Below, in pieces: positions 1 through 9,043 of a DNA stretch of 51,060 nucleotides. Below the pieces are notes generated by a model. The model was not told the origin of the DNA. It did not search any database and saw nothing but the letters and a program-made list of their open reading frames with translations. A program made the translations under genes and the position numbers. The DNA comes from a virus. The stretch's first letter is position 1. Each line of letters starts with the position of its first letter. The stretch lies in the UHGV virus genome UHGV-0021437; one strand, 5' to 3'.

Positions 1-114
1 CAATAACTATTTTAAAATAAACAATAACTATTTTAACTTTTATAAATATAAGCTGTATAACTTTATAAAGAAAAATATATATATAAATATATATACAAAA
101 AGAAAGCTCATACT

Positions 115-405
115 TTAAAAATTTATTTGTTTTAAATTGTTTTGTTTTGCAAACTGTTTAAATGTTATATTATTATTTTTTAGATTTTCCCTTGCTTTAT
201 TAATTACATTATCTAAATCTAATAATGCTCCATCAACTGATACATACCTTTTTGTACTTATTGACACTCCTGTTTGATAATGCGTTATTGAATAGCATCT
301 ATCTTTCAACTTTACAATAACAATATTTTTACATTTTGTTTTATAGCATGGTTTCTTTATAATCTTTCTAACATTTCTGTCATATACAATTATATTACAT
401 TCCAT
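115..405 (-). CDS. hypothetical protein (96 aa)
   Basis: ORF from the track; no recognisable motif. Last gene in the minus-strand direction. Confidence 0.35.
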   Translation of the reverse strand: MECNIIVYDRNVRKIIKKPCYKTKCKNIVIVKLKDRCYSITHYQTGVSISTKRYVSVDGALLDLDNVINKARENLKNNNITFKQFAKQNNLKQINF

Positions 406-514
406 GTTCTAACCCTCCTATTTAACGATTTAAGACACTTTATGCATTTAGCCTATACTTTTATTACTAAACTATATAAAAACGCTAGAAACTTAAAATA
501 CAAGCTATAGAAGC

Positions 515-543
515 TATAATAAAAGGTAGCTTTTTAGGCTACC
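515..543 (-). terminator. rho-independent terminator candidate
   Basis: Inverted repeat AGGTAGC/GCTACCT around a T-rich loop, followed by a U-tract on the minus strand. It lies directly downstream of the ORF ending at 543. Confidence 0.4.
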
Positions 544-785
544 TAGAATTCAATATATGAGCCTCCTGTAAACATTGCTGATGGTCTGCTATATTTATCA
601 CAATCAAAAGGATTTAATGATGGTGTTACAAAACATAAATCATCATAACAATAATAATATTCGCCATCCTCTACAAAAGTGTTTTCCCACTTAATAGAAT
701 TAATTGCCTTTTCAAAAAGGTTGTTGTTCTGTGTTGAACACTCATATGCTGTTTTAAGTTTTTCAAAAATCTTTAATTCTTCCAT
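543..785 (-). CDS. hypothetical protein (80 aa)
   Basis: ORF with RBS AAGGAGAA upstream. Preceded by a consensus promoter. Confidence 0.4.
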   Translation of the reverse strand: MEELKIFEKLKTAYECSTQNNNLFEKAINSIKWENTFVEDGEYYYCYDDLCFVTPSLNPFDCDKYSRPSAMFTGGSYIEF

Positions 786-826
786 TTTGTTTTCTCCTTA
801 TTTGTTTTCTCTTGTTTACAATTACT

Positions 827-855
827 ATATTACACTATTTGTTTTGTTCTGTCAA
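827..855 (-). promoter_or_regulatory. sigma-70-type promoter TTGACA-N17-TAATAT (minus strand)
   Basis: -35 tgtcaa at 850-855 and -10 atatta at 827-832 (reverse-complement reading), with a 17-nt spacer. Confidence 0.45.
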
Positions 856-888
856 CATTTATTCGATAGAATAAGCAATAACTTTATA

Positions 889-918
889 ATAAAAAAAGGA
901 ACGCTTTTTATACGTTCC
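889..918 (-). terminator. rho-independent terminator
   Basis: Hairpin GGAACG-ctttttata-CGTTCC abuts the stop codon of ORF 919..2013. A U7 tract follows on the minus strand. Confidence 0.5.
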
Positions 919-2013
919 CTAAAATGTTTCTTCTTTTAGCTTTTGTTTTGTTTTGGGAATAAATCCATACATAGCAATACAATAACTGTCTGCTAAATCG
1001 TCATTGATTTTACAAGGTACTTTCTCACCGCCTATTTTAACGTTTATAACGCCTTTCTTGCCCCTACCCTTATATTCCTCGGCTATGTACTTTAAAAGCC
1101 CTTTCTGCTTTAAATAAAGGATTGTGGGATACTTGTTAGGATTTATTCCATATGAATTCTCTTTTGGTTTACTTGTTCCAACAACTGCATTCTTCCAACT
1201 TTTTGTTTCTACTGAATACACTGGTATACTATATGGATATAATGTATCTATTATTTTTACAATTAGCCCGGCTGTTGATATAATATAATCATAACTTATA
1301 TGTCCTTGTGAATACAATCTTATTCTCTCTACTATACAAATTGTATTTCGTTTATCTAGCCTATACTCTCTTACTATTTTTGTTATCTTGTCTTCTATGC
1401 AACGCCTTTTATCTGCATTTGTTATACAATTTTCAAAATTAACTGACCACATTTCGACCAATACTGAATCGCAAACCAATGTTATTCCTGTTCGATTATA
1501 ACTTTCATCAATTCCTAACACATATTTTTCATTTGTAATATATTTAAAGCTATATCCTTTGTGCTGATTTTCTTCACCTCTACAACAAGCACCAACATGA
1601 CCTTTATTAAATCCATCATATACTGTACTATTAACACTTGTATAGAATTTTCGTTCATGTGTTATATTATTTGTTGCAATTAAATGTTTTTCAAAAGAAT
1701 AACATATATTTGCCCACTGTGTACACCACTCCAGATTATCCACATGATTATTTAGTGGGTTTTCATCAAGATGATTTACAGTATCATAAAAATATGGATT
1801 ATCAATAAATGCTTTTGCAACTAAAATATGTATTTGATATTTTTTTGTTTTTCCATCTTTTGAAAGTTTTACTAAGCATCTACCCTTTTTTGTTATTTCT
1901 GGCTTCAATATCTTCTCTTTTTTCTTTGAAATATTTTTTACATTTCCAAAATTTGATACTTGGTAGATTCCCTCATATCCTTTTATATCTTTCCACTCTT
2001 CTATTTGATACAT
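919..2013 (-). CDS. HNH homing-endonuclease domain (NUMOD4 + HNH_3 motifs) fused in frame to a RuvC-like Holliday-junction resolvase domain
   Basis: N-terminus EEWKDIKGYEGIYQVSNFGNVKN and HLDENPLNNHVDNLEWCTQWAN are typical of phage HNH endonucleases. C-terminal part has YVLGIDESYNRTGI, CIVERIR and DDLADSYCIAMYG, which are the RuvC-like D, E and D motifs. No internal Met separates the two domains. Confidence 0.6.
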   Translation of the reverse strand: MYQIEEWKDIKGYEGIYQVSNFGNVKNISKKKEKILKPEITKKGRCLVKLSKDGKTKKYQIHILVAKAFIDNPYFYDTVNHLDENPLNNHVDNLEWCTQWANICYSFEKHLIATNNITHERKFYTSVNSTVYDGFNKGHVGACCRGEENQHKGYSFKYITNEKYVLGIDESYNRTGITLVCDSVLVEMWSVNFENCITNADKRRCIEDKITKIVREYRLDKRNTICIVERIRLYSQGHISYDYIISTAGLIVKIIDTLYPYSIPVYSVETKSWKNAVVGTSKPKENSYGINPNKYPTILYLKQKGLLKYIAEEYKGRGKKGVINVKIGGEKVPCKINDDLADSYCIAMYGFIPKTKQKLKEETF

Positions 2014-2471
2014 TGTTCCCTTATATACCTTTCTTTTTTAGCTTTTGCCAGTTTCTTTCTGAACCTTATTTTATCTTCCTTTGTGTTCATCTTTGTTTCA
2101 TTGCATTCACAGAACTGGATTCTATTTATATGTTTGGAAAGCCATTCCTTTTCTACAAGCTTAAATGTTTTAAGATTTTGGTTGTATAGAAGATATTTGT
2201 TATTCACTTTTCCACAATATAGAATTGTATATGTATGTTCTTCTGATTTTAGTTTGAACAGTGTTCCTGCTTCTATTCTGTTGCAATCACTACATCCCAT
2301 TGTTTTAAGTTCACTGTCTTTTTGAATACTTCCAACAATATAATCTCTTCCGGGAAACATGCATTTATATCTGTATCTGTTTGGTATAACGCTTTCTTCT
2401 TTTTCTGCTTTGTTTAAATAGCAACATTCAGCACAGCTCATTTTTCTCATGCTTTCAACCACTCCAAACAT
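2001..2471 (-). CDS. hypothetical Cys-rich protein (156 aa)
   Basis: ORF from the track; multiple CxxC pairs. Confidence 0.4.
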   Translation of the reverse strand: MFGVVESMRKMSCAECCYLNKAEKEESVIPNRYRYKCMFPGRDYIVGSIQKDSELKTMGCSDCNRIEAGTLFKLKSEEHTYTILYCGKVNNKYLLYNQNLKTFKLVEKEWLSKHINRIQFCECNETKMNTKEDKIRFRKKLAKAKKERYIREQCIK

Positions 2472-2848
2472 TTTTCTTTTGTTGTGAATACTGGATATAT
2501 GTCTCGCTGTAACTTTCTTATTCCAGTATTTATTGTGCTGTTAATACATAAAAAGTTTTGTTTATAGCTTTCTATGTTTTCTTTTTTATCTGTTACACAT
2601 TTGATAGGTTTTAAGTTATATAATGTTTCTTCTTTTCTAACGATACATTCTTTTACAATACATTTTAAAACAATGTTTTTCTTTGCCTTTTCCCTTTTAC
2701 TTACGAACACAAGAAAACACTCCTGTTCTGGTAAAAGCCTTAAATATGTTTTGTGTATGTTTTGCATTCCTTTACACTCCTTTGTTTCACACTCCATACA
2801 ATCTAAATATGTTACACGGAGTGCATATGCCTTACAATATTTGCTCAT
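2447..2848 (-). CDS. hypothetical Cys-rich protein (133 aa)
   Basis: ORF from the track. Confidence 0.4.
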   Translation of the reverse strand: MSKYCKAYALRVTYLDCMECETKECKGMQNIHKTYLRLLPEQECFLVFVSKREKAKKNIVLKCIVKECIVRKEETLYNLKPIKCVTDKKENIESYKQNFLCINSTINTGIRKLQRDIYPVFTTKEKCLEWLKA

Positions 2849-2923
2849 AGTAATCTACTTAATATCTTGCCTATAATTACTCCTGCAATAATCCATATAG
2901 TGAAGCCTATTACTTTATCCATT

Positions 2924-3778
2924 TTAATCCAACCTTTCTTTTACTTTTCCGTAGCATACATCTTTCATGTTACATTCTTCTGCCATCTTACAATTATAGC
3001 CTGTGCATTTTCTATGCCTTTGTACAAGTTTGTTTTGTTCTAATAGCTTTGTTTTACTTTCCTGTATTCTTTCTAATCTTCCAATGTACGGTGTAATCTC
3101 GCTTGGGTTATATTCATAATGGTACACTTTAAATTCCTGTGTATTTTTATCATCACATAAAACAATTCCGTGATGTATTCCTGTTAAATACATATAGAGC
3201 TGGCATTGCTTTCTACCACTTGCATGGTATTTCTGTTTTTTAAATGTAAATGTATTTACGCTTTTGATTTCTACGATATATGGAATCTTTTTAACACTTT
3301 CATCATATACGCTCTCAAGCCTGTAATCCTCTGGTATTTCGCATATAATATCTGGGGTATAGGATAAATCAAATTCATCAGCAAAACGGCTATAATCGCA
3401 ATCTAAAGGCTTACACAACCCACCACGGATAAATAACCTTTGCCACTTTTCATGTATTGCATCACCCTCGCTGAATATTCTTCTTAATCCAACAGGAACT
3501 TGCTCACCCTGTAGCTGTTTATAAAACAGAGAAAGAACTTGCTGGCGTATACAAAACTTATCATCTGATACAATTACAGCACTTGCATGGAGTCCTTTTC
3601 TTTCTGTTGTTTCCGCTCCCCTTGTCATTACACTCTTAAGGAATCTAAGTTCCTTTGGAATATCTTTGTCTAAATAAAATAAACCGTTCAGCATTTGTTC
3701 TATTTCTTTTTCTTGCGTACTTTGAATCTTTGTAAAAGTTTTATCCGCATCATTTTTAATATCGTCTATTATCCCCAT
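2924..3778 (-). CDS. PD-(D/E)XK exonuclease, Cas4/RecB-like, with a C-terminal 4-Cys cluster
   Basis: YIVEIKS (ExK motif), QCQLYMYL (QxxxY motif) and a C-terminal C-x4-C-x5-C-x5-C cluster. Sits next to the RecA-like gene, as in phage recombination modules. Confidence 0.55.
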   Translation of the reverse strand: MGIIDDIKNDADKTFTKIQSTQEKEIEQMLNGLFYLDKDIPKELRFLKSVMTRGAETTERKGLHASAVIVSDDKFCIRQQVLSLFYKQLQGEQVPVGLRRIFSEGDAIHEKWQRLFIRGGLCKPLDCDYSRFADEFDLSYTPDIICEIPEDYRLESVYDESVKKIPYIVEIKSVNTFTFKKQKYHASGRKQCQLYMYLTGIHHGIVLCDDKNTQEFKVYHYEYNPSEITPYIGRLERIQESKTKLLEQNKLVQRHRKCTGYNCKMAEECNMKDVCYGKVKERLD

Positions 3779-3943
3779 CTTCTTCTCCTTGTTCTGAAAT
3801 AGATAATATGTTTGTTTGTTTCAAACCAGTGGTTGTACAGAACCTTGTTTTTGCTTGTTTTTCTGTTTCAGCATAGCAAAAGAATTTATGCTCTGCACTT
3901 CCACCACTTGTATATGTTCTTCTAAATACTATACAATAAAATA

Positions 3944-4870
3944 TCACTCTAGCATTTCCTTGTATTTTTTCTTATGTTCATCCATGATTTCTTTTCTTAC
4001 AGAATCAAGGTCTGCAAAATCTACAAAACCACGCTCATAAAATAATGGGATTTCACAGCTCTGCATTGGCGGACTTACTTTGGACTTAACAACTTTTACT
4101 TTCATAATCATTCCAATACGTTCTTTTGTTTCTGTATTAAATGGGTTATGATTAGGGATTTCAATATAGCCTTTTCTTGCAACTTGGATTCTCAAAGAAC
4201 AACTATGTTTTAATTTATGACCACCCGGAGTCTGTATATTATCTCCGAAAGGTAACGCATTCATTTTATCACGAATCTGATTGATAAATATAACTGTAGT
4301 TCCTGTCTGCTCTATTACATCCTCAAGCGTTGGTAAATACTTATCCATGAGCCTTGCAACTCCACCGATACGCATTTCCTGTTCACTGTCTGTATTTACT
4401 GCTTTTCTTATTTTTTCAATATCATCCTTTGGTTGCATTGATGGTACGCTGTCAATTACAATTAACGGAATTCCCTCTTCTGCAAATCTTATTGACCTGT
4501 TAAATGCTTTTTCTCCATACTGTGCATTGTATATTAACATTTGTTTCGGCTTATTACCGAACAGCTTTGCACGTTCACTGTCGAACGTTTTTTCTATCGG
4601 TATATTAAGACACAATTCATGTTGAGCGCATAGCTGATATGCAAGCGTTGTTTTTCCCGCACTCTCTGCTCCGAATATTTCTATCGTTCTACCCTTAGGA
4701 ATTCCACCACCAATAATATTGTCAAGGTCAACAAGTCCTGTACTCCAACGTGGAATATTAAGATTTTTACTTTTACTTCCCAAACTATATACAGAACCTT
4801 TTTCTTTCTTATCAATTTCTGCACATAATTTTAATATTCCATCTTTATTCATTCCCTTTGCCATGTTCAT
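3944..4870 (-). CDS. RecA-family recombinase / ATPase
   Basis: Walker A GAESAGKTTLA and Walker B LIVIDSV. Alignable to the RecA core (IPRWSTGLVDLDNIIGGGIPKGRTIEIFG). Confidence 0.7.
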   Translation of the reverse strand: MNMAKGMNKDGILKLCAEIDKKEKGSVYSLGSKSKNLNIPRWSTGLVDLDNIIGGGIPKGRTIEIFGAESAGKTTLAYQLCAQHELCLNIPIEKTFDSERAKLFGNKPKQMLIYNAQYGEKAFNRSIRFAEEGIPLIVIDSVPSMQPKDDIEKIRKAVNTDSEQEMRIGGVARLMDKYLPTLEDVIEQTGTTVIFINQIRDKMNALPFGDNIQTPGGHKLKHSCSLRIQVARKGYIEIPNHNPFNTETKERIGMIMKVKVVKSKVSPPMQSCEIPLFYERGFVDFADLDSVRKEIMDEHKKKYKEMLE

Positions 4871-5396
4871 ATTCCCCCATATATTTATTACATAAATCTA
4901 AAAGTTTGTCAAATACATCATGGTTAATGTCAGTTTCCCCTGTTAAATGCAATACCTCCGCTTCATCTAAATACCATTTCGCTTTCTTTAAATCTTCATA
5001 GCCATTTTTATATTTATGCCTACTCAAATACTTATACGCATTTACAATACAATAATCAGTTACGCTCTGATTTCCAAAAATTAACCGCATATTGTCAATA
5101 CATTCAATACTACAATGCCCCTCATAATGTTTTGGATGATTTACATTATCATGTTTGTTTGGTTTTGTTTCTTTCTCACAGCCACCGCAATCATTCATAC
5201 TTGCACCAAAACAACTATTACATTTTCTATTTTCTTTTTTCATTTCTGTTTCGCCCTTTCCAATAGTAGATGTTTTTAAAATTTCCTCTCTTACTTTATG
5301 TGTTATTACATTACATACGACTATTTCATTGCACGCTCTACCTATTTCTACGCATAATCCATCATATTCATATTCACAACCATCACATCTTCCCAT
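4845..5396 (-). CDS. Cys-rich protein with a DUF3310-like C-terminal domain
   Basis: HPKHYEGHCSIECID...YLSRHKYKNG resembles the phage DUF3310 family. N-terminus carries several CxxC clusters. Confidence 0.4.
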   Translation of the reverse strand: MGRCDGCEYEYDGLCVEIGRACNEIVVCNVITHKVREEILKTSTIGKGETEMKKENRKCNSCFGASMNDCGGCEKETKPNKHDNVNHPKHYEGHCSIECIDNMRLIFGNQSVTDYCIVNAYKYLSRHKYKNGYEDLKKAKWYLDEAEVLHLTGETDINHDVFDKLLDLCNKYMGEYEHGKGNE

Positions 5397-5401
5397 TTAT
5401 T

Positions 5402-6928
5402 TTACCTCGCCATTAATGTACTGTTATACTTTACAACTCTACTCATATATTTGTTTTTGTTGAATTCTAGCGCACCCTGTTCTTTTAAGATATCAATTAC
5501 TCTTGTTGTAACGCTTCTTCCTTTACATCTGTCATAGAAATCATCATAAGACTTGAATACAGCCTTTCTGCGCTCTTCTTCAATGGTTTCTGCGGCTTTT
5601 TCTCCTATACCCTTAATAATACTCAACCCTTGCTGTATAACGTCTTCTCCATCCATTTTACGCAATGAGGTTTTAGCTGAATAATTAACATGTGGCAACA
5701 TAACCACAGCACCATCTTTTACAGCAAATTGCGAATACTTAAATATATCTGCATCATTATCTGCATACTTCATTTTAACATACCAAAACTGTGTTGGGTA
5801 ATGTACTTTGTAATACATTTGGTCGATACTAATAAGCGCATACCCTGTGCTATGACCCTTATTGAAGCCATATATGAGCATACTTGCCCATATGTTATTT
5901 GTTTGTTCTTTTGTCAATCCCTCTTGTTTGCACCCTCTGTAAAAATCTTTTTTCATTTGTTCAATGATTGGAACATATTCTGGTTTTGTTAAATTTTCAG
6001 CTTTCTTCATAATCTTTAACATATCAAAACTCTGTTGTGCTGTTAAGTGTCCAACTTTCTGCGCTACTTCAACTGTTTGTTCTTGGTATAACATTGTTCC
6101 ATATGTTTCTTGTGTATATTTATAGTATGGTGTATTTTTATCTACTTTATCAGAAAGTTTATTATGTGCATATGTTTCATGCATATGTAACTGTAATGGG
6201 GCGGGTCTGTTCAATGCATTCACCGCTATAATATCATTAATACAATCACATTTAATCATATCAAGAATCTTTTTAGGTGCTGATTTCTCCATCTGAAATA
6301 TTCCATCTGTTCTGCCCTCTCTAAACCCCTCTATAACCTCCTTGCTTTCTTCATCCTCTTCTGTTATCTCATGTCCTGTCTTTTCTCTTAGCTCACGCAT
6401 TTCTGACATTGTTTTAAGTCCAAGCATATCAAACTTTACACAATTAATATGTTCTAAATCATCCTTGTCAAAACAGCTACTTAATGCTCCTGTTTTTCTA
6501 TCTCTCATGATAATACATGTATAATCACTTATGTCTGTTCCAACCACAGCAACTCCCGCCGCATGTTTTCCTAAGTATTTTATCTTTCCATACAACTTTG
6601 AGAAATGTTTTATAATGTTATCATATTTCTCATTGAACTCTTCTGTTCTGTATCCATTCAATAAGTTATTCATATTCAGTTCATCATCAACTATGAATCC
6701 CTTAATATAAGACTTAATTTCTGCAATTACTTTTTTGTTTTCATCAGCTTCAAACCAATCAACATCTTTTGTTGTTTTTAAGTTGCATACACTTGCTAAA
6801 TCATTCACAAGGTTGTCAACTCCATACATTCCGTAAGAACAAATTTGTATTGCTTTGTTTGGGTATTTGTTTATAACATAATCAATTACTTCCTGTCTCC
6901 TATCTCTTTCAAAGTCTAAGTCAATATC
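5402..6928 (-). CDS. dnaE: DNA polymerase III alpha (DnaE-type) exon 2: palm/fingers
   Basis: Translation upstream of the called Met continues as DIDLDFERDRRQEVIDYV, matching the DnaE PDFDIDF catalytic region. Also contains GKHAAGVAVVGTDISDY, KFDMLGLKT, ALNRPAPLQ, YQEQTVEVAQ and YGFNKGHSTGYALIS, all conserved DnaE motifs. A stop codon sits immediately 5' of GAT at 6928. Confidence 0.8.
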   Translation of the reverse strand, partial: DIDLDFERDRRQEVIDYVINKYPNKAIQICSYGMYGVDNLVNDLASVCNLKTTKDVDWFEADENKKVIAEIKSYIKGFIVDDELNMNNLLNGYRTEEFNEKYDNIIKHFSKLYGKIKYLGKHAAGVAVVGTDISDYTCIIMRDRKTGALSSCFDKDDLEHINCVKFDMLGLKTMSEMRELREKTGHEITEEDEESKEVIEGFREGRTDGIFQMEKSAPKKILDMIKCDCINDIIAVNALNRPAPLQLHMHETYAHNKLSDKVDKNTPYYKYTQETYGTMLYQEQTVEVAQKVGHLTAQQSFDMLKIMKKAENLTKPEYVPIIEQMKKDFYRGCKQEGLTKEQTNNIWASMLIYGFNKGHSTGYALISIDQMYYKVHYPTQFWYVKMKYADNDADIFKYSQFAVKDGAVVMLPHVNYSAKTSLRKMDGEDVIQQGLSIIKGIGEKAAETIEEERRKAVFKSYDDFYDRCKGRSVTTRVIDILKEQGALEFNKNKYMSRVVKYNSTLMAR

Positions 6929-7271
6929 CTACCTTTGTCGTTTGTTTCCAATCTGTCAAGGCTAGACTATATCTTCCACATATGTGGCATTCGCACTTCG
7001 GAACGGTGCTTATCTCCATCCCTACTCTTGTTACTCTCTTCACAAGCTAGTCGTTACACCTTTATATACTACTGTATATACTTGGCACGGTATTCCCTCA
7101 ATCTCACCGTTGCTGGTTTAGGGTTTCTTAGTCAGATTATTCGTCTATGGTCTATGCCCTATTATCCTGTTGTAACATTTCAATAAGGAGTCTTATTTTT
7201 CTGATACCGTTAGCATATTATAATAATACACACCATTAAGCAATGTTCACGAATGATGCCCAATTAAGTTT
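6929..7271 (-). ncRNA. group I self-splicing intron, ORF-less, about 343 nt
   Basis: Splits the DnaE gene between ...SLP and DIDLDF. The 5' exon ends in U and can pair as UGCCU with an internal guide GGGCA, giving the U.G wobble at the splice site. The intron ends in G before exon 2. It contains GAAGAUAUAGUC, the conserved P7/J8-7 element seen for example in the T4 td intron. Its GC content is above the local background, and stop codons occur in all frames. Confidence 0.7.
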
Positions 7272-8465
7272 AGGCAATGACTTCTTTTCCTTACGCATAA
7301 ATCTGCTAAAATCTAGGTTATATTTAATACTATCAACTTCTGTGATTCCTACTGCATATGCTACAAGACAATTACAGACAGAACCTCTTCCTTTTCCTGT
7401 TTCAATTCCATTTTCTTTCGCCCATGTTATATAATCCCTAACAATAAGAAAATAATCTGCAAAGCCATGATAGTTAATTACTTCCAATTCGTCTTTGCAT
7501 CTTTTCCAATATTCCTTACACCATTTGTTTCGCTTTTTCAATCCCTGTTTTGTTAATGTTTCAAGCTGTTTTGCTCCATCTTCTGATATCTTAGGAAGTT
7601 CTAACTCCAAACCATCCAATATGTTTTCTTCTACTTTGTTATATATTTCTTTCATGTTGTCTGCAAATCGTTCTGCAAGTTCCATTGGTCTTTTAAACTT
7701 CTTTTTGTAGATTTTTGCAAACCTTTCTGTTATCTCATATTCTGTAGGCATGTACCTTTCACCATATGTGTTTTTAACATCCAATGTTGTTTTTCCGATT
7801 TCATGCATTTTACAATATGTGTCAAAATCTTCTTTACTTCCAAAATGGGAATCACTTGTTAGAATACATTTTATTTTCTTTCTTTTTGCCATTCCCATTA
7901 ACTCATAGTCTGTTCTTTGCTGTGTACCCTGTGTATCTATCTTATATGGCTGTATTTCAACGTATAAGTCCTCTTTGAATATTTCCTTAAACTTATCCAA
8001 CAAACGCTCTGCTGTGCTTCTATGACCGTTCAGAATGGCTTGTGACGTTGCACTTGCAATACAAGCTGTTGTACATATAAGTCCATCTGAATACTTTTCT
8101 AATAACTTAAAATCTACTATTGGCTTGTAATAGAATTGTTTTGTGTTTGCTTCTGTCATAATGTGACATAAGTTTTTATACCCTTGCAAATTCTTAACAA
8201 ATAAATTCAAGTGGTAACTTTTTCTCTGTGGATTTTCTTTATTAAATTTTGGCTGAAAATATATTTCACATCCCATAACTGGTTTTATTCCAACTTCATT
8301 ACACGCTTGATAATGTTTTATTAATCCACTGATAGAACCATGGTTACTTATCCCTAAAGCTCTATAGCCTAATTCTTTTGCGTGTTTTGCTAGCTGTTCT
8401 GGTTTACCGAATCCATCAAATAATGAATATTCATCATGCCTATGTAAATCGAAAAAATTTCCCAT
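7272..8465 (-). CDS. dnaE: DNA polymerase III alpha (DnaE-type) exon 1: PHP domain and N-terminal palm
   Basis: PHP motif FFDLHRHDEYSLFDG...GISNHGS. Ends with ...RKEKKSLP at the site where bacterial DnaE has ERVSMP|DFDIDF. The track ORF 7236..8465 reads 11 extra codons into the intron. Confidence 0.8.
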
Positions 8466-8555
8466 TTATATCTTCCTTTCTGTTCTCTATTTTCTACTTA
8501 ATTATAACAATCAACCATCTTTGTTATTTTCAATTTCCAATGTCAATATTGTTCT

Positions 8556-8969
8556 CTACAATAGCTCTTTTAATTTTTCTTCTGTTCTTTCATAACCAAC
8601 TGTTCTTATTGCACTCTGTAACAATTCATATAATCTTCTTTGGTTTATACGTTTTTCATTTATATTATCTATTGAATCTACCCATTCTAAATTGCATAAT
8701 CTGTTATCATCTCTCACACCATTTTTATGATTTACTTGTTTTACGTCCCATTCTTCATCATAGCAAAAAGTCAACATAACCATTCTATGCACAAGCGTTG
8801 TTTCTTTCTTTCCATTCAATGAAGCAGAAATAAACAAATAACCATTAGTTGCCTTTTTCAAAGATAATATCTTTCCTTTTCTATTCTTTACTCTTCCATA
8901 ATTTGACACAAAATAATTTCTATTCAATGGGTATTCTTTCCATCTTTCTTTAATACAAATCACCTCCAT
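8556..8969 (-). CDS. free-standing HNH homing endonuclease (NUMOD4 + HNH_3)
   Basis: ERWKEYPLNRNYFVSNYGRVKN and VNHKNGVRDDNRLCNLEWV. Lies immediately upstream of the intron-containing dnaE. Confidence 0.75.
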   Translation of the reverse strand: MEVICIKERWKEYPLNRNYFVSNYGRVKNRKGKILSLKKATNGYLFISASLNGKKETTLVHRMVMLTFCYDEEWDVKQVNHKNGVRDDNRLCNLEWVDSIDNINEKRINQRRLYELLQSAIRTVGYERTEEKLKELL

Positions 8970-9043
8970 ATATAATATATAATATCATATATGGAGGTAA
9001 CTGTCAACCCTTATTCAACCCCTAAATTAAAACTTATTTTGTT

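Noticed and set aside
5402-8465. Two separate polymerase genes (PHP-domain protein and a polymerase core) read as independent CDS
   Set aside because: The frame upstream of the second ORF's Met encodes DIDLDF..., completing the DnaE catalytic motif that starts at the end of the first ORF. The intervening 343 nt has group I intron signatures. It is one interrupted gene, not two.
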